A stretch of 60,621 nucleotides of DNA from Paramecium tetraurelia (taxonomy: Eukaryota): NCBI GenBank assembly GCA_000165425.1, contig CT868319.1:434001-494621 (forward strand). The letters are read 5' to 3'. Made by a program: the position numbers and the translations under genes. A model generated the notes under the pieces. It worked only from the letters and a program-made list of their open reading frames with translations, searched no databases and had not been told where the DNA came from. Positions 25,635-39,215 of this stretch are shown one piece after another. How positions within the stretch are numbered: the first letter of the stretch is position 1; each line of letters opens with the position of its first letter.

Positions 25635-26246
25635 ATGAAATAAGCTTTAATTTTCAAACATGAATCCCCCAACGTCAAAGCTGATTTCCACGAGAATGAT
25701 ACCAAAGACCCTATCAAGATCCTGCAATCCATTTATGATCAATATGATGCCTTGTTTGTCGAGGAAATCATACTCGAAGAACTCGACATACCTGAGATCA
25801 CTCCTGAATTGAGGGACAAACTCCAAGAGTTTCCGAATGTTCACAGTTTTGGCATCAATAGATGTGGATTACAAAGTCTAACCAATTTTCCATCCTTCAA
25901 ACATTTGGTCAGGTTCTAAGCAGATGGCAATCTCATCAAGGCTAAACAGATCGGGTATTTGAAGAAGTACACGGAATTGCGTTCTATTTCTTTGATTTGC
26001 AATCAGATTGATGACCCGAAAACCATGATCAAATATTTGAAGGAAATGAAAATTACTCAACTTAATTTATATGGGAATCCAATGCAGGATTACTTCAAGT
26101 TGTTCTTTGACGAAATACCCTCCTTGATTTACTTGGACAATCTGCAGAAGACTGGGGCTGAGGTCTATTACGATTATGATGACACGAATGAGCTGAGTAA
26201 GCAGGATGGTTACATCTGTCCGAATTACAAGGAGTACAAGAGTTGA
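25635..26246 (+). CDS. ANP32-like leucine-rich-repeat protein
   Basis: CGLQSLTNFPSFKHL..DGNLI...LRSISLICNQI...LNLYGNP..YFKLFFDEIPSLIYLD (LRRs plus LRRcap). Confidence 0.8.
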
Positions 26247-26277
26247 TAATTATGGAATTCATAAATTAATTAATTAT

Positions 26278-26705
26278 ATGGCTTATAATAACGATTCCCA
26301 GGACTTCTTGCCGGATGACTAAGATGAATTCGCTATGAGAATGCCTGTCAAGAGTCATTTGTAGAGGTTGGATGTAAGTCAGTCTGCTAAACGTAGCAAT
26401 TACTACAATAGTTAATGGAGGAGTTGGATATGGTGAAAAAGGAGAAGGAGTAATTGCGCAATAATTTAATTGAGTTGTCTCAAAAGACCTCGGATTCGTT
26501 TGATGATGCAAATAAATATCTGAATGAGGAATATCGAAGATTGATGCAGGAGTTTCATGAATAGAATGCATTGCAATTGGAACAACATCAATTTCTGAAA
26601 TAATAGGTCGATTCAATAAATTAGGACAGAATTAAATTATAGCAAAATACTATTGTACTTGAGAACAGAGTTTAAGATGCCGAAAAAGAATTGGGATTTG
26701 TTTGA
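26278..26705 (+). CDS. Small coiled-coil protein
   Basis: MAYNNDSQDF..., one 23-nt intron, ends LENRVQDAEKELGFV-TGA. Confidence 0.75.
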
Positions 26706-26724
26706 TAATTAGATTATATTAATA

Positions 26725-29700
26725 ATGAATTTTAAACTAACTATCTTCCTTTCTTTACTTACCTTACATTAAGCAACCAGATTTTCAACTATTAAATGCA
26801 CTTGCGAACAATTACTATCCCAAAACGATTGTCAGACCAATAAATGTACATGGGACCAAAACAAATGCGTTATTAATATAGATACACCTGTGGAAATTAG
26901 TCCAATCGTCACTTATTGCACATATTTTGAGGATTTGGTTTGTTAATAATAGAACGGTTGTGCATGGATTGATAAACAATGCCTTCCATTCACAGGTTGT
27001 ACTGCCTATTCATTCACAGGATAAGAGGATTGCCAATATATTTCAAATAGATGTATATCAGACGGAGTGCATTGTATTGAAATCGGATTGTGTTAAGATT
27101 ATAAAACAGAGATAGGATGTGTAAAGAATAAAAATAATAAACTATGTTATTGGAATGTAGATAAGTGTTAAGATATTTAAGAGTGTTCTCAAATATCAAA
27201 AACTCTATAAAGTGATTCAGAATGTAGATCTCAATTGACAAAATGTACAGTAGCATAATAAGGTGGTTGTGTGGACAGTGGAGATGCATGTTCAAATCAG
27301 AAACTGGAGATTCAATGTGTTTGGGATAAAAGTAAATAGTAATCCTGTGCATGGATCAATGAGAAATGTGTGAGTAGAATATGTTCAAATACACCTGCAA
27401 CCTATACTACATTCGAGTAATGCAATACTTATCTGCCTACTTGCACTGTTCAATTGAATGGTGGATGTGTGAATATCAGTTCCTGTGAGAATATTAAGGT
27501 TGAGATGGGTTGTGTTATGAATATGAATAAACAGCCATGTATTTGGATTGAGAACACGTGCATAGATAAGTAATGTTCAAAGGCTCCTGCAAAATTCGAT
27601 ACAAATGAAAAATGCAAGAAAATAAATAGCAATTGTGTGACTACATAGAATGGATGCGTGGAATAGTTAAATTGTGAATCTTCAAAGCTGTAAATAGGAT
27701 GTGTGGATATGGTGGATGGTACTAAATGTTATTGGAATGGATCTAAATGTGTTTAAAAGACATGTTCGAACAACACCACCATAAAGACAGAAGCTGAGTG
27801 TCAATTGTATTCTAGTGGTTGCATTTTGAATGTAACAGCTTAGAGTGGATGTCTCGACAAGATTTGTGAGAATGTTGTACAATAGGAGTAATGTGTAGTG
27901 GATAAGTCCAACAATAAGTGTTCTTGGAAGAGTACTTGTTTTACTAAGAGTTGCAATACTGCTCCGAAGACTTTTACAACAAGCAACGAATGCAAATCTC
28001 ACATGAATACTTGTGTCTTAGATACCTCAGGACAGGGTTGCATGACTATTAGGTTAACATGCCAGGCCTATACATCAGAGAAGTCATGTTTCATGATAAA
28101 AGGTGGGTAGTATTGTCATTGGCAGGACAAGAAATGCATTGATAGGACTTGTAGTATGGCTAGTGTGAGTTTGAATAGTAGTCAGCAATGTCAATAGTTC
28201 AAACCGGATTGCATAGTGGGTAACAATTCCCAAGGATGCATGGATTTGACTAAGAATTGCGAGGATAGAAGATTACAGGCTAATTGTGAGTATGGTGATA
28301 AACCAGTGTGTATTTGGAATGTGACTAGATGTGTTTAGTAATCATGTGAAAGTGCGAGTGTTGTTGGATCACCAAATTATTTGTCTGTTTTTGATTAGTC
28401 GTCTTGTCTGTCTTATATGGATAATTGTATACCGAACAACTTGGGTAATGGATGTACAGCTAAACCTTCATCTTGTACTCAATTAAGTATCAATAATTGT
28501 ATTGCTGCTCAATCTAATGATTGCATCTGGGTGAATGGACAATGCAGAGACAAAATATGTATAAATCTGATTGGATCCTCTCATCAAGAATGCTCGAATG
28601 AATTGTCCAGTTGTACAGTAAATGTAAGTCTAAATGGCTGCATTTCATTGTCAGCTAAATGTTCATCTTACACTGTATCACAATAATGTCATTTAACATC
28701 TACTAGTGTGTAATGCTTTTGGAATGGTACTCAATGCAGAGATGCTATTTGTAGTGATGCCTCTGATTCATCAGATTATGATACACATGAGGAATGTAAT
28801 GCACTCAATTCCTCATGCACTGTTGTGAGTAAGGTTGGATAGTAAGGATGTGTGGAGAAGTACTCGACTTGTGAGAGTTATAAGTAATCATACCAATGTC
28901 ATCAATCTTCGAATTCTGTCCAATGCCTTTGGATTAATGATGGTTGCTATTAGGTCTCCAGTTTGACATGTGGAGATATCAAAATACCCATCTATAATGA
29001 TGCCAATTGCAGTAGCATTTTACCCAATTGCAAATCGAATGTTACTCAAACTGGGTGTATTAGTAAGGCATGCACAGATTACAGTTATACAAATAAGGTT
29101 GATTGTGAAGCATTGAGTGGATGCACTATTAATGCTGATCTCAATAAATGCATTACTAAATAGGATTCATGTTCAGCATATAGTTCTGATCCCACTTAAT
29201 GCAAATACTCCAAAGAAGGAAACTGTGTAATGAAGGGTCTAACTTGTGTGTGGACTCATTTGGATTGTGCCTCTATTTCAACTCCAGTTGTTGATAACGA
29301 TTGCTTTGTCAAGAGATCATTCTGTAAGATGTTAGTGACTGATCAAGGGAACAAATGCATTGCAAGAGATTGCACTGAATATGCTGATGTCACTCCAACC
29401 TCATTTAGCATCTGTTAAGAATATGATTATTCTTGTGTCAACAATAGAAACAACAATGGATGTATTACTATGCAATAGTACTGTAGTGATGCAGGAGATG
29501 CTGCATGTGTTTATTCAAAAAAGGAAGGACTTTGCAAATACACTGGCTCTGTCTGTGTGGCTGTTGCTACTGCCAATACTAAAAATTGTAATTTAGTTGT
29601 AGAGGCTGGACTTACCTTTAAGAAATGTTAAGATTACTCCAACAATTATTGCAGTGTCAATAGAGCCAATTCTGCCTGTGTCAATATCAAAGCATAATGT

Positions 29701-32700
29701 TCGGAATATACCAATTTATCTGATTGCCATTCCTCATCATCTGGCATGTGCATTCAAACTCAATAGAATGATAGTGGAGCATCCTGCACTAATGTCACCA
29801 GCTCTGTTTTATGTAGTAAGTTATTTATTGGATAATCCTCTACTTACACTCATGAAATCTGTGAATCATTGAAGAATACTTGCACCAATAATTCAAATTC
29901 CAGTTGCAAAGACAAAACTTGTTTGAATACAAATACTGCACTCACTACTCATGCTTAATGCAATGCCTGGCTGAAAACATGCACTGTCAATACTACCAAT
30001 AATGGATGTGTCGAGATGAAGCAAACTTGTCTAGAATAAAGTGTCACTGCCTGTTTATAGGCGAGTGAAGGTTCATGCATTGTTTATGATAATAAATGCA
30101 TGAAATTTACTTGCTAGAAATTACCCAACACTTTAACAACACATTCTCAATGTGAAACATAGAATAATTAATGCACTGTTGCCACTTTTGGAGGGTGCAT
30201 TGTCAAATCTAGCAATTGCAATACCTACAAAACATAATTACAATGTAGTTTCAATCTAGATGATAAGAAATGCTGGTGGAATCAATACAATATGACATGT
30301 GTCAATCTATAGTGTGATCTTATTGAATAGACTACCGATTACAATACTCACAGTAAATGTTATAATGCATCTACAAACATAAAATGCACAGTATCATCCA
30401 GTGGAAGTGGCTGTCAACAATTGAAAGTATGTACTGATTACACATTTCAAGGACAGTGTGTCATTGATAAATATAATAAACCTTGTGTTTGGAATGACAA
30501 TGTGACTCCCAGTGTCTGTTAATTGAAATCCTGTGAGGCTGCATCATACACATTCACAACTCACGATGAATGCTAAGCATTCGATTCAACCTGCACACTG
30601 TAAACCAAATACAACTCTGATACTTCCACTCAAATAAACAGTGGATGTTAGATACTAAGCATAAATTGTTCTGATTATTAATTTGAATAACAATGTTACT
30701 TGAATAAGAGTAACAAATAATGTAAATGGGTGGACAATCTATGTATAGATTTCGGTTGCAAAACTGCTCCTAAGACTTCAGATTATTCTACTCATGAGAA
30801 TTGTTAATCCTATCTGAATACATGCACTGTCAACTATGATTTGTTGGGTTGTTTGACTATACCTACTACCTGCTCGGATATTTTCTATCAAGTACAATGT
30901 TTCAAGGATATCAATAATAATGAATGCTATTGGTTTGATTCAAAATGTCAGCAAAAAAAATGCGAAAATGCTCCAAGTAATATTAATACTAAGTTATTAT
31001 GTGAATAATGGCTACCTTAGTGCACTGCTGAAGATATTAGTAAATGTAAAACCATCACCTGTGAAGACTACACCTATACCACTGATTTAGAATGCAGATA
31101 ATAGATTTCTAATTGCACTACTGATGGAACTAAATGTGTGACGAAAGGATCATGTGCTGAAGCATTAAGTGAAATTGGGTGTGATAAATCAATCAATAAT
31201 GAACAATGTTATTGGAACAAGACCTATTGTACTTTGAAGGTATGCAATCTAGTAACCAAAGAAGTCGATTGCACTAATAGTTATAACAATATTATATGTG
31301 TTTGGGACAACAATAAATGTAGAAACATAGGAGAATGCTATGATTACAATGGTACATCCCATAAAGAATGTTAAGCCTTCAATACATTATGTACCTTTGA
31401 TGATAACAAAAAATGTAGAAAGTTAAGAAAATGCAATGAATATTCAAAATAAGACTACTGCATTTTGGGTTTGGATGGACCATGTCTATGGATTGAACAA
31501 TTAAATATTTGCCATTAATACACATCTTGCAATAGTGTTAAGTTTTAGACGCATATTGAATGTTAATAGGTCTCAAAATAATGCACTACAGATGGCTTAT
31601 AATGTGTCCCTCTTACTCTTTGTTCTGAAACTAATACCACTGGAGGTTGTATTGATGGCATTGATGGAAGTTGTATGCAAACAGTTGCTGCTTTGAATTC
31701 AACTCAATCACCAATTTGTAAACTCTTCACAAGTTGTGTAGAAGCTTACTATTTAACCCACATTGAATGCCAGTATGCCAATAAAAATTGCACAACTAAT
31801 GCTGTCAGTGGTTGTATTAATCTGAATCAATGCACTTAATATCAGAGACAGGAATCCTGTTAATTAGACATTAATGGAGTATAATATCAAGACAACCTCA
31901 TCATAGCCACAGGGAAATGCATTTGGGATAATGGGCTATGCAGAGGTTAAATCTGCTCTGACTTTAGTGGTATTACTAATGAACAATGCAACAAGTTCCT
32001 TTCGACTTGCACCTTCAATGGTGTTAAATGTATTCCCAAATAAAACTGTTATTAATATACTTCATCAGCTATGTGTGCAGTTGCATATGGACTAGAGGGT
32101 AAATGTAACTGGAACATTGCCCTTGATAAATGTTTAAAGCTGACTTGCGATGATATTTAAAATGGAATCACTTAGGCCTTATGTTAAAATACCTTATCCA
32201 ATTGTATCACCAATGGGGTCAATTGCATTAGTAAAGATACTTGCTCTAGATACATCACTAAAATTGCTTGCAATGTAGGAGGAACAGATGGCATTTGTGT
32301 ATGGAATGCTAAAAATTCTTCATGTTCCTTGATGTTGTCATGCACTTAGGCAGATGATGATTAAGAAGCTTGTCTATAGGCTAGTGATCGATGTGCTATC
32401 AAATATGCTACAAGTCAATCCACCAGTTCTTGTTATTCACACACTTGTGATACTTATCTAAATAGTAATGGCTTATGCAAATCGTTCAACAATTGGAATT
32501 ACTCTTCCAAAACAGCATGCTCCTTTACTTAAGGTAAATGCACTGAAATTGATCTCTCCACTCTTACCGAATAATAATGCTTTACTACTTCAGAGTACTC
32601 CTATACTTGGAATACCAGTAAAAATAAATGCTAATCCTGTGTCGCACAAAATAATAACAATAATAACTCTAATTAAACAAATACAAATCCCAATGTTACC

Positions 32701-32772
32701 ACACCATCTTAGAATGTTGACTTCGGATATATGATACAAACTGTAATGTATCTCTATTTGATTTCTAATTGA
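26725..32772 (+). CDS. Large Cys-rich surface-antigen-like protein, about 2000 aa
   Basis: Signal peptide MNFKLTIFLSLL, long apparently intronless code-6 frame of CxW/CTV/GC repeats, N/T-rich linker and hydrophobic tail. Confidence 0.92.
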
Positions 32773-33100
32773 TCTATTCATTTTTAATTAAATTATCCAT
32801 ATCTACTAATTTATCACATTGAATATAATTAAAAGATTTTAATGCTCGCACATAAAATGTAAATTCAAGCATATCTTGTTATCTTGCTTAACAACTCTAA
32901 TTGATTGAATCCACTTAATTCGAATACTTGTGTGCTCGAAATATCAAATCAATTCAATCCATATTATATTTTTATTAGTTCATTATTTATGTCTCCATCG
33001 TATTCAATCTTCTATGAAATATCTTGGAGTACATGACTTTTTTATACAGTTTTTATTGAATAATTAAAAATGGCAGATTTGAAGATTGAATATAGGTAAA

Positions 33101-33317
33101 TAAATAATAAAGGAAATGGAAATAATAATAGTTGATATTTGTATTGAATATGTATATAAAATATATAATTAATTATAAATTGTATTTGTATAATTCTATT
33201 ATGAAACTTGAAATTTAATGTAAATCTATTATCAAATTCAATTAATTATAACAAACATTACAGCATATCTCATGAACTTCATCATCATTACCTTACTTAT
33301 CATCCCAAACTATGCTT
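33101..33317. repeat. Left arm of 217-bp inverted repeat
   Basis: Reverse complement of 35146-35362 with about 2 mismatches by eye. Confidence 0.93.
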
Positions 33318-34394
33318 TATCATCATCTAACAGTTTATTCTATTTTTAAAAAGATTTAAATAAAGAATTTTTAAGTGAAATTATTGATGGGGAAGTTTAG
33401 GTAAGATGGAGAACTGTTTTAATTTTATTTGGTCACCCTGATATTATATTTTAACTAAAGGATAGAAGAGAAGTTTTAGTAATAGGATTCCATGGAAATA
33501 GTGATAGGTATGATACCTACAGAATTAATGTTGATTAATTTCTCTCATAAGCCTAATCTATTTATTATAAGACAGAGTATCACTAACTCAGAAAGTAACT
33601 ATTTATTTATAAAAGAAAGGCCAATTACGGTTTTAAAGTTGTTGGAAAAAGTAAAATCTATTGCAATGAGATAAAGCTACCATCTCTTTAATAATAATTG
33701 TCAAACAAGTGCTAAAGAACTTAAAGAGGAATTATGTTTTATTTGAAATAATAATAGTCTCTTTAAATAGATCTAAAACTTTCTGATTTCTACGTCTAGT
33801 TCTTACAAAAATACTAAATTGTTATTCTCATCCTTTTTCATTAAATTTACTTGAAATCATAAAAAAGAAAATCAACCTTTGTATTAAATTTATCACTTTT
33901 AATTTAAAAGTTTGTTTTCTGCTTTCTTCTCCTTTGAATGTCCATTTAACAATATATAAATAATTATTAAGTTTGAAAAATCCTATTCTTTTTGTAATAT
34001 ATCATGAAATCCTCCATATATTAATTGATTGTTCCAGTTGCAATAAGATAGTTAATTGCATTGAAAAATAAATATTAAAATAATATAGATGATCAAAGTT
34101 TCTATATTGATTTTGAAAAAGACTTAGAAATTATATAAAGTGAATGTTATGTATAACTCATAAATCATGTGGTTGAAGATCATCTGCATAATCATCAATG
34201 TCTTCAACATCATCTTCCTCTTCTTCTTCATCTTCTTTGATCTCAATTGGATTAGCATCAGAATTAAATATTTGTTCTTTGACTTTCTCATCATAGGCTG
34301 CTTACCTTTAGATCAAAGATTCCTCATCAAGAATTTGTTTAGGTTTTTCCCATGCAGCATTAGGTGTTCGAACTAATCGAATAATTAAACTCAT
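33230..34394 (-). pseudogene. Decayed gene with acidic N-terminus
   Basis: MSLIIRLVRTPNAAWEKPKQIL...EEEEEDDVEDIDDY then TGA. Downstream sequence is coding-like with several stops and resembles 34900-35230 on the + strand. Confidence 0.4.
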
Positions 34395-34401
34395 TATTTA
34401 T

Positions 34402-35230
34402 ATGTTTAAATAATTAACAGTTTTTAATATTATAATTAATTTATAATTACAAGTGCAACTAGATCTTAAAGCCTCATTTTCTAAGTAATTTCAAAATTTG
34501 AAGAGAGAATATTATAGTTTAGTTAATGATTGAGTATATTCTATTATTCAATTAAACTATTTTAGATATTTTGAACAATTTGAATATTATGGGAGAATTT
34601 ATTGTAGCTTATAATTAGAATGCTTTAATATTATATTCTGCAAACAAGAGTAACCAAAAGGTAAAGATTATATATTTAATGACAATATTTTCAATTATTT
34701 AAAAGCGATATGAGTTATTGAACATTATCACTACTAATAGTAGTCTCTTAACATTAGGGTTTATCAGCAACTTGATCTGCTATTTACAACACCTTAAGAA
34801 CTGAAAATTACTTTTTAAGCTGTATATGATCTGTTCGATTGTAAATTTTCAAGGGTTAGAAGGAACGAACTCTAATTCTGGTAGCATAATATTGATGACC
34901 GTCTTGATTGAACCCTATTACTAAGATTTCTTATTAGTCTTTTAAACTAAATAGAATATCAGGTAATTCAATAGTATCATTTAAAAATGGCGCCCTTCTC
35001 CATTTTATTTAGATATTCTCATTTATGATTTCACTTAAGAAAGCTTCATCAATAATTTGATTGTCATTTAATAAAGGGTTTGGATGATATTACTTATAGG
35101 ATTAATAAGTTTAATATTTGTATTTTGGATTTGAGCTTGATGTGGAAGCATAGTTTGGGATGATAAGTAAGGTAATGATGATGAAGTTCATGAGATATGC
35201 TGTAATGTTTGTTATAATTAATTGAATTTG
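34402..35230 (+). pseudogene. Decayed paralog of the 33230-34394 locus
   Basis: Interrupted frames; shares diverged blocks (CCTATTACTAA..ATATCAGG) and a near-identical 3' end with the left locus. Confidence 0.35.
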
Positions 35231-35362
35231 ATAATAGATTTACATTAAATTTCAAGTTTCATAATAGAATTATACAAATACAATTTATAATTAATTATAT
35301 ATTTTATATACATATTCAATACATATATCAACTATTATTATTTCCATTTCTTTTATTATTTA
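35146..35362. repeat. Right arm of 217-bp inverted repeat
   Basis: Reverse complement of 33101-33317. Confidence 0.93.
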
Positions 35363-35535
35363 CATTTTTATATTTATTTACTCTATTCAATCTCATCTTC
35401 TTATTATTCAAAATTCAATCTAAATTTTGAATATTGGATCAGATATCTATTTTAATATTGAATTTAAAAACACAACATTTTCAATACATTTCCTTTATCA
35501 ATTTGTTCACATATTTTGTTAATTAAAATTAAATT

Positions 35536-36357
35536 ATGTTAACAAAAAGTATCAGATTATTCAGACAATTTAGATTTTGTTCAGCTATAGAAGAAATTAC
35601 TAAAAAATAAGCTGAATGGTCAGCCATAGCAAAATAAAAAACATAATCGTAATTAAACCATTAATGTCAAGACAATAAGAATTTTTAGAATAAGCATTAT
35701 CATAAGACCAAAAATAAAGAGTGAAGGCTATAGCAGATGCTTGTTGTGAGCTGGATCTCTTTGAATTGTAATGTTTGATGAGCTTGTTGAATGAAAATCA
35801 TTACAAGGCTCAAGGAATTGGTCTCTTTTAGATTGATTCAAATTGGCCTGTAATCAAACAAAATGAAGTACCAACTTGGCCTCCAAAAGAGAAAGAGCAA
35901 ATCGAGGCATATATGAAAGAACTATTTGGAGAAAATGTCGTAAGATTCCTATCAAATTTCTTAGCCTGATTTCAAAGCCATTTTTGGAGGTGTTGGATCA
36001 ATCGGTAGTCAAGCTCCATCTCAAAGTGCTGCTTCAAGTGAAGCTCCTAAGTAGGAACAAAAGAAAGCAGAAGCTGCCCCTAAAGTTGAAGCCGAAGTAA
36101 TTATATAAGTAAACGAAGAAAAAAAATTACGATGTAGAGTTAAGCGCAATTGACGCAGCACAGAAAATTAAGATCATCAAAGAAGTTAGGTACTCAATGA
36201 AAGTCATTATAGATAATTACTTAATCTTGGATTGAAAGAAGCCAAAGACTTGGTCGAGAAATTGCCAGCCAATTTGGGTAAGCAAGTGCCAAAGGAGAAA
36301 GCCAATGAATTAAAAGAAAAGTTAACAGCTGCTGGTTGTACAATTAATTTGAAGTGA
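35536..36357 (+). CDS. MRPL12: Mitochondrial ribosomal protein bL12 (L7/L12)
   Basis: Transit-peptide-like [15 protein letters not shown]-terminus [44 protein letters not shown]. Confidence 0.92.
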
Positions 36358-36385
36358 TAACCATGGATATATATAAAACATAAAT

Positions 36386-39059
36386 TCATAAATTTGGCAA
36401 TAATTCTTTAAATTCTTTTAAGTTTAATGGTTTGGATAATACATAAGTCATCCCTGCATCTAAACAATTTATTACATCTGATTCAGCTGTGAATGCTGTT
36501 AAACCAATGATCTTGATAAGAGGGATCTTCTAGGCCTTTATCATCTCTAAGATGAGTTTTGTTGTCTCAATCCCATTTAATATCGGCATTTGGTAATCCA
36601 TCAAAATCAGATCAAGTAATTAACAATGATCACAGCACTTTTATAATTGGCCTATCATATCTATTGCTTATTAGCCATTGAAAGCCTATAATTAAAATAT
36701 GTATACTGACCACCAAAACTTCAAAGTCCAGTTTTTGCAAAAGCATACACAACGAGTGTTAATTAAAAACCTCATCATCTACTGAAAGTATCCTTCTGCA
36801 GTGACATTTCTTTTTTTATACAAAATTCAATAGATTAAACTCACTTTCCTTATCTTCCAATTATTTTAACTATTTTATACTCAATACCTGCGATTTAGAA
36901 CTCTTACATGACTTTTGATCTTTAAATTGATGTTGTATTGAGGGATAATCATACGATTATCCTAATTGCCTATAATTAATATCTGGACTTTAATCTGAGC
37001 TGGGTGAATCATTCAAATAGCTTATTAGTTTAGGATCTGATGCCTGCAATTCTTTAACTTTACTATTCAGAGTCAAAAATTCGCTTGATTAATCTATAAT
37101 ATCAGTAAAGAGTTCTTTTGTCTTCAATTAAGGAAAAATTATATCATTGTTCTTGTGATTTGACATCTTCTTAACTGATGTAACAATTACAGTTCCAATT
37201 TATATTTTATTTTAAGAATGGATTTTTGCTCCAATTATATCTGATTTTCTAGAAGCCAACATACATTATCCTCTATTTTAGTCATCCACAAAAATGGTTA
37301 CTTTTGTTCCTAAATTCTTCCCTTTACTTTTTATCGACAGTAACTATTTATTTGTATTGGCACACAGCTTTGTTAATAAAATTGATGATATCAACAGTCC
37401 AAATCCATGCCAGCCTTAATTAAATACAAAATCAGATGTCTCCTAAAATTGATATAAAGTTCTCTAAATTCTCTCTAATTTTTCTTGTTCAATGCCAATC
37501 CCCTCATCCTTAATGGATATTTTCAAGGTGTTCTAATCCATTGATTTAAAATTAACAAACACATTACCTCCGTATGAAAACTTTAAAGAATTTGCTAATA
37601 AATTTACTATGATTTAAATTAGGCGATTATAATCAGTATTAAAAGTTGAAAAATGATTTTTCTTCATTACAATTACCAAACCCATATTCTTCATCTCAAA
37701 CTATTATTGAAACAGCCCACTAATCTCATTTATTAATTCTTTGAATGTAAAATCTCTGGTCTAAAGGTAAAATGAATTCGCATAATAATTTGAAAAATCA
37801 ATTATATCATTAATGATATATGATTGTAATTTCAATGAGTTGAATGCTGGTTACAAATATTGATTTTTGATATAATTATCTACTGTTGAGTCGGACAGTG
37901 TTGATTCTATTAAATTTTTGGCACTGTTTAAAGGAGTTTTCATTTCATGAGAAAATGACTCAATTATTTTTGATTTGAAATCATCTTTAATTTTCTATTG
38001 AGATAATTCTGTCTATTTGGAGATGTCATTTAAAAAGATAGTGATCTCTTCATTATCACTAATTATCTATCCACTCAAAGAAATGGGATTGCTATTCTAT
38101 AACTTAAGAGTGCAAGATATATCAAAAGCTTTGTTGCTTGAGGCTTATATCAATGAATCATAGTACCCTTATTTATATTCATTGATAATTTACTCTAAAG
38201 TCTTAGTCTGTATTTTGATAACTTGCTTTGTAGATTCTAAGTTTTTAAATTCTCTACAAGACAGATCTCTTTATTTGTCCCTCAGTCTTTTTATTTAAAG
38301 TGAGGCACTTTTAAAGTCTTCTGTACATTATTATGGTATTTAAAAGTTTAATTGGGATAAAATAATTTTTTACAATTCATCCTCTACAGAACATTTAAAC
38401 AATTTCAAAAAGCATTAATTAATGTATTTAACACATAAATTGGAATAATCCAAAATAAGTACTTATACATTCATGTCTTAAATTCTCTATCTCCAGATGT
38501 TGTCACTTTTTTTGGAGTAATTAGAGGGAGATTATAATTCATTAAGTTGGGATTGCAAATATTGATTTTTGTTTTAGGTTTTGCCTTTGCTTTGAGTAAA
38601 TTTCAAAATGTCTATGCCTATTAAAACAAAGGAGCAAACAAAACTTATTGCATTTATCTATACCAAACTAACTGATAAAATGAGGGTCAATTTCCCAAGA
38701 ATGTTTGCAATTAGGGTAATTTTAGCTAAGCATTGATCTGCTTTTATCTCCAATGGATAACACATCTAAATGGATAAGAATATGCAACTGGGTAATTATA
38801 TTATTGCAATTGCAAGTATCTCGAGTATCCTATCTGCAAACCTCACTTTCAATATGATATTTGGAGTAATTTTATTCTATAAAAGATACAACAGACAGAA
38901 TATGAAAATGTCGAATATTACCTTTAAAATAATAACAATTAAGCTAGTCATTATTTCTGTTAATTCTTAAATTAGACTAATATTTAGCACTATTTATGTT
39001 GCTAATAGGAAAAGATTAGTCTGAAGAAATGTATCTTTAGTTTATGGTTTCTTGTTCAT
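36386..39059 (-). CDS. Hybrid sensor histidine kinase 1 (TM, HisKA, HATPase, receiver)
   Basis: H-box FSHEMKTPLN, NLLANSLKF, DEGIGI, receiver VDDEVFN..DYQMPILNG..TAF..KP. Confidence 0.92.
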
Positions 39060-39215
39060 AATTAGTGATAATTATTGTTATTAAAATTAATATTGATCAA
39101 ATCAAAGTAAGGCCAATTGATTCATAATTAGCAAGTGTATAATAATTTAATTAACAGTAAAATCATTAATTTTTTTGAAAAACATAAAGTGTTAATATAA
39201 AAATGGTTTAGTTTA

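Noticed and set aside
26725..32772. Periodic sequence suggesting a CRISPR array or satellite
   Set aside because: The periodicity is protein-level Cys repeats with diverged DNA; there are no identical repeat-spacer units.
33101..35362. Tc1/mariner-type transposon with TIRs
   Set aside because: No DDE/DDD transposase seen, and homology fades gradually on both sides of each arm. Kept only as an inverted repeat.
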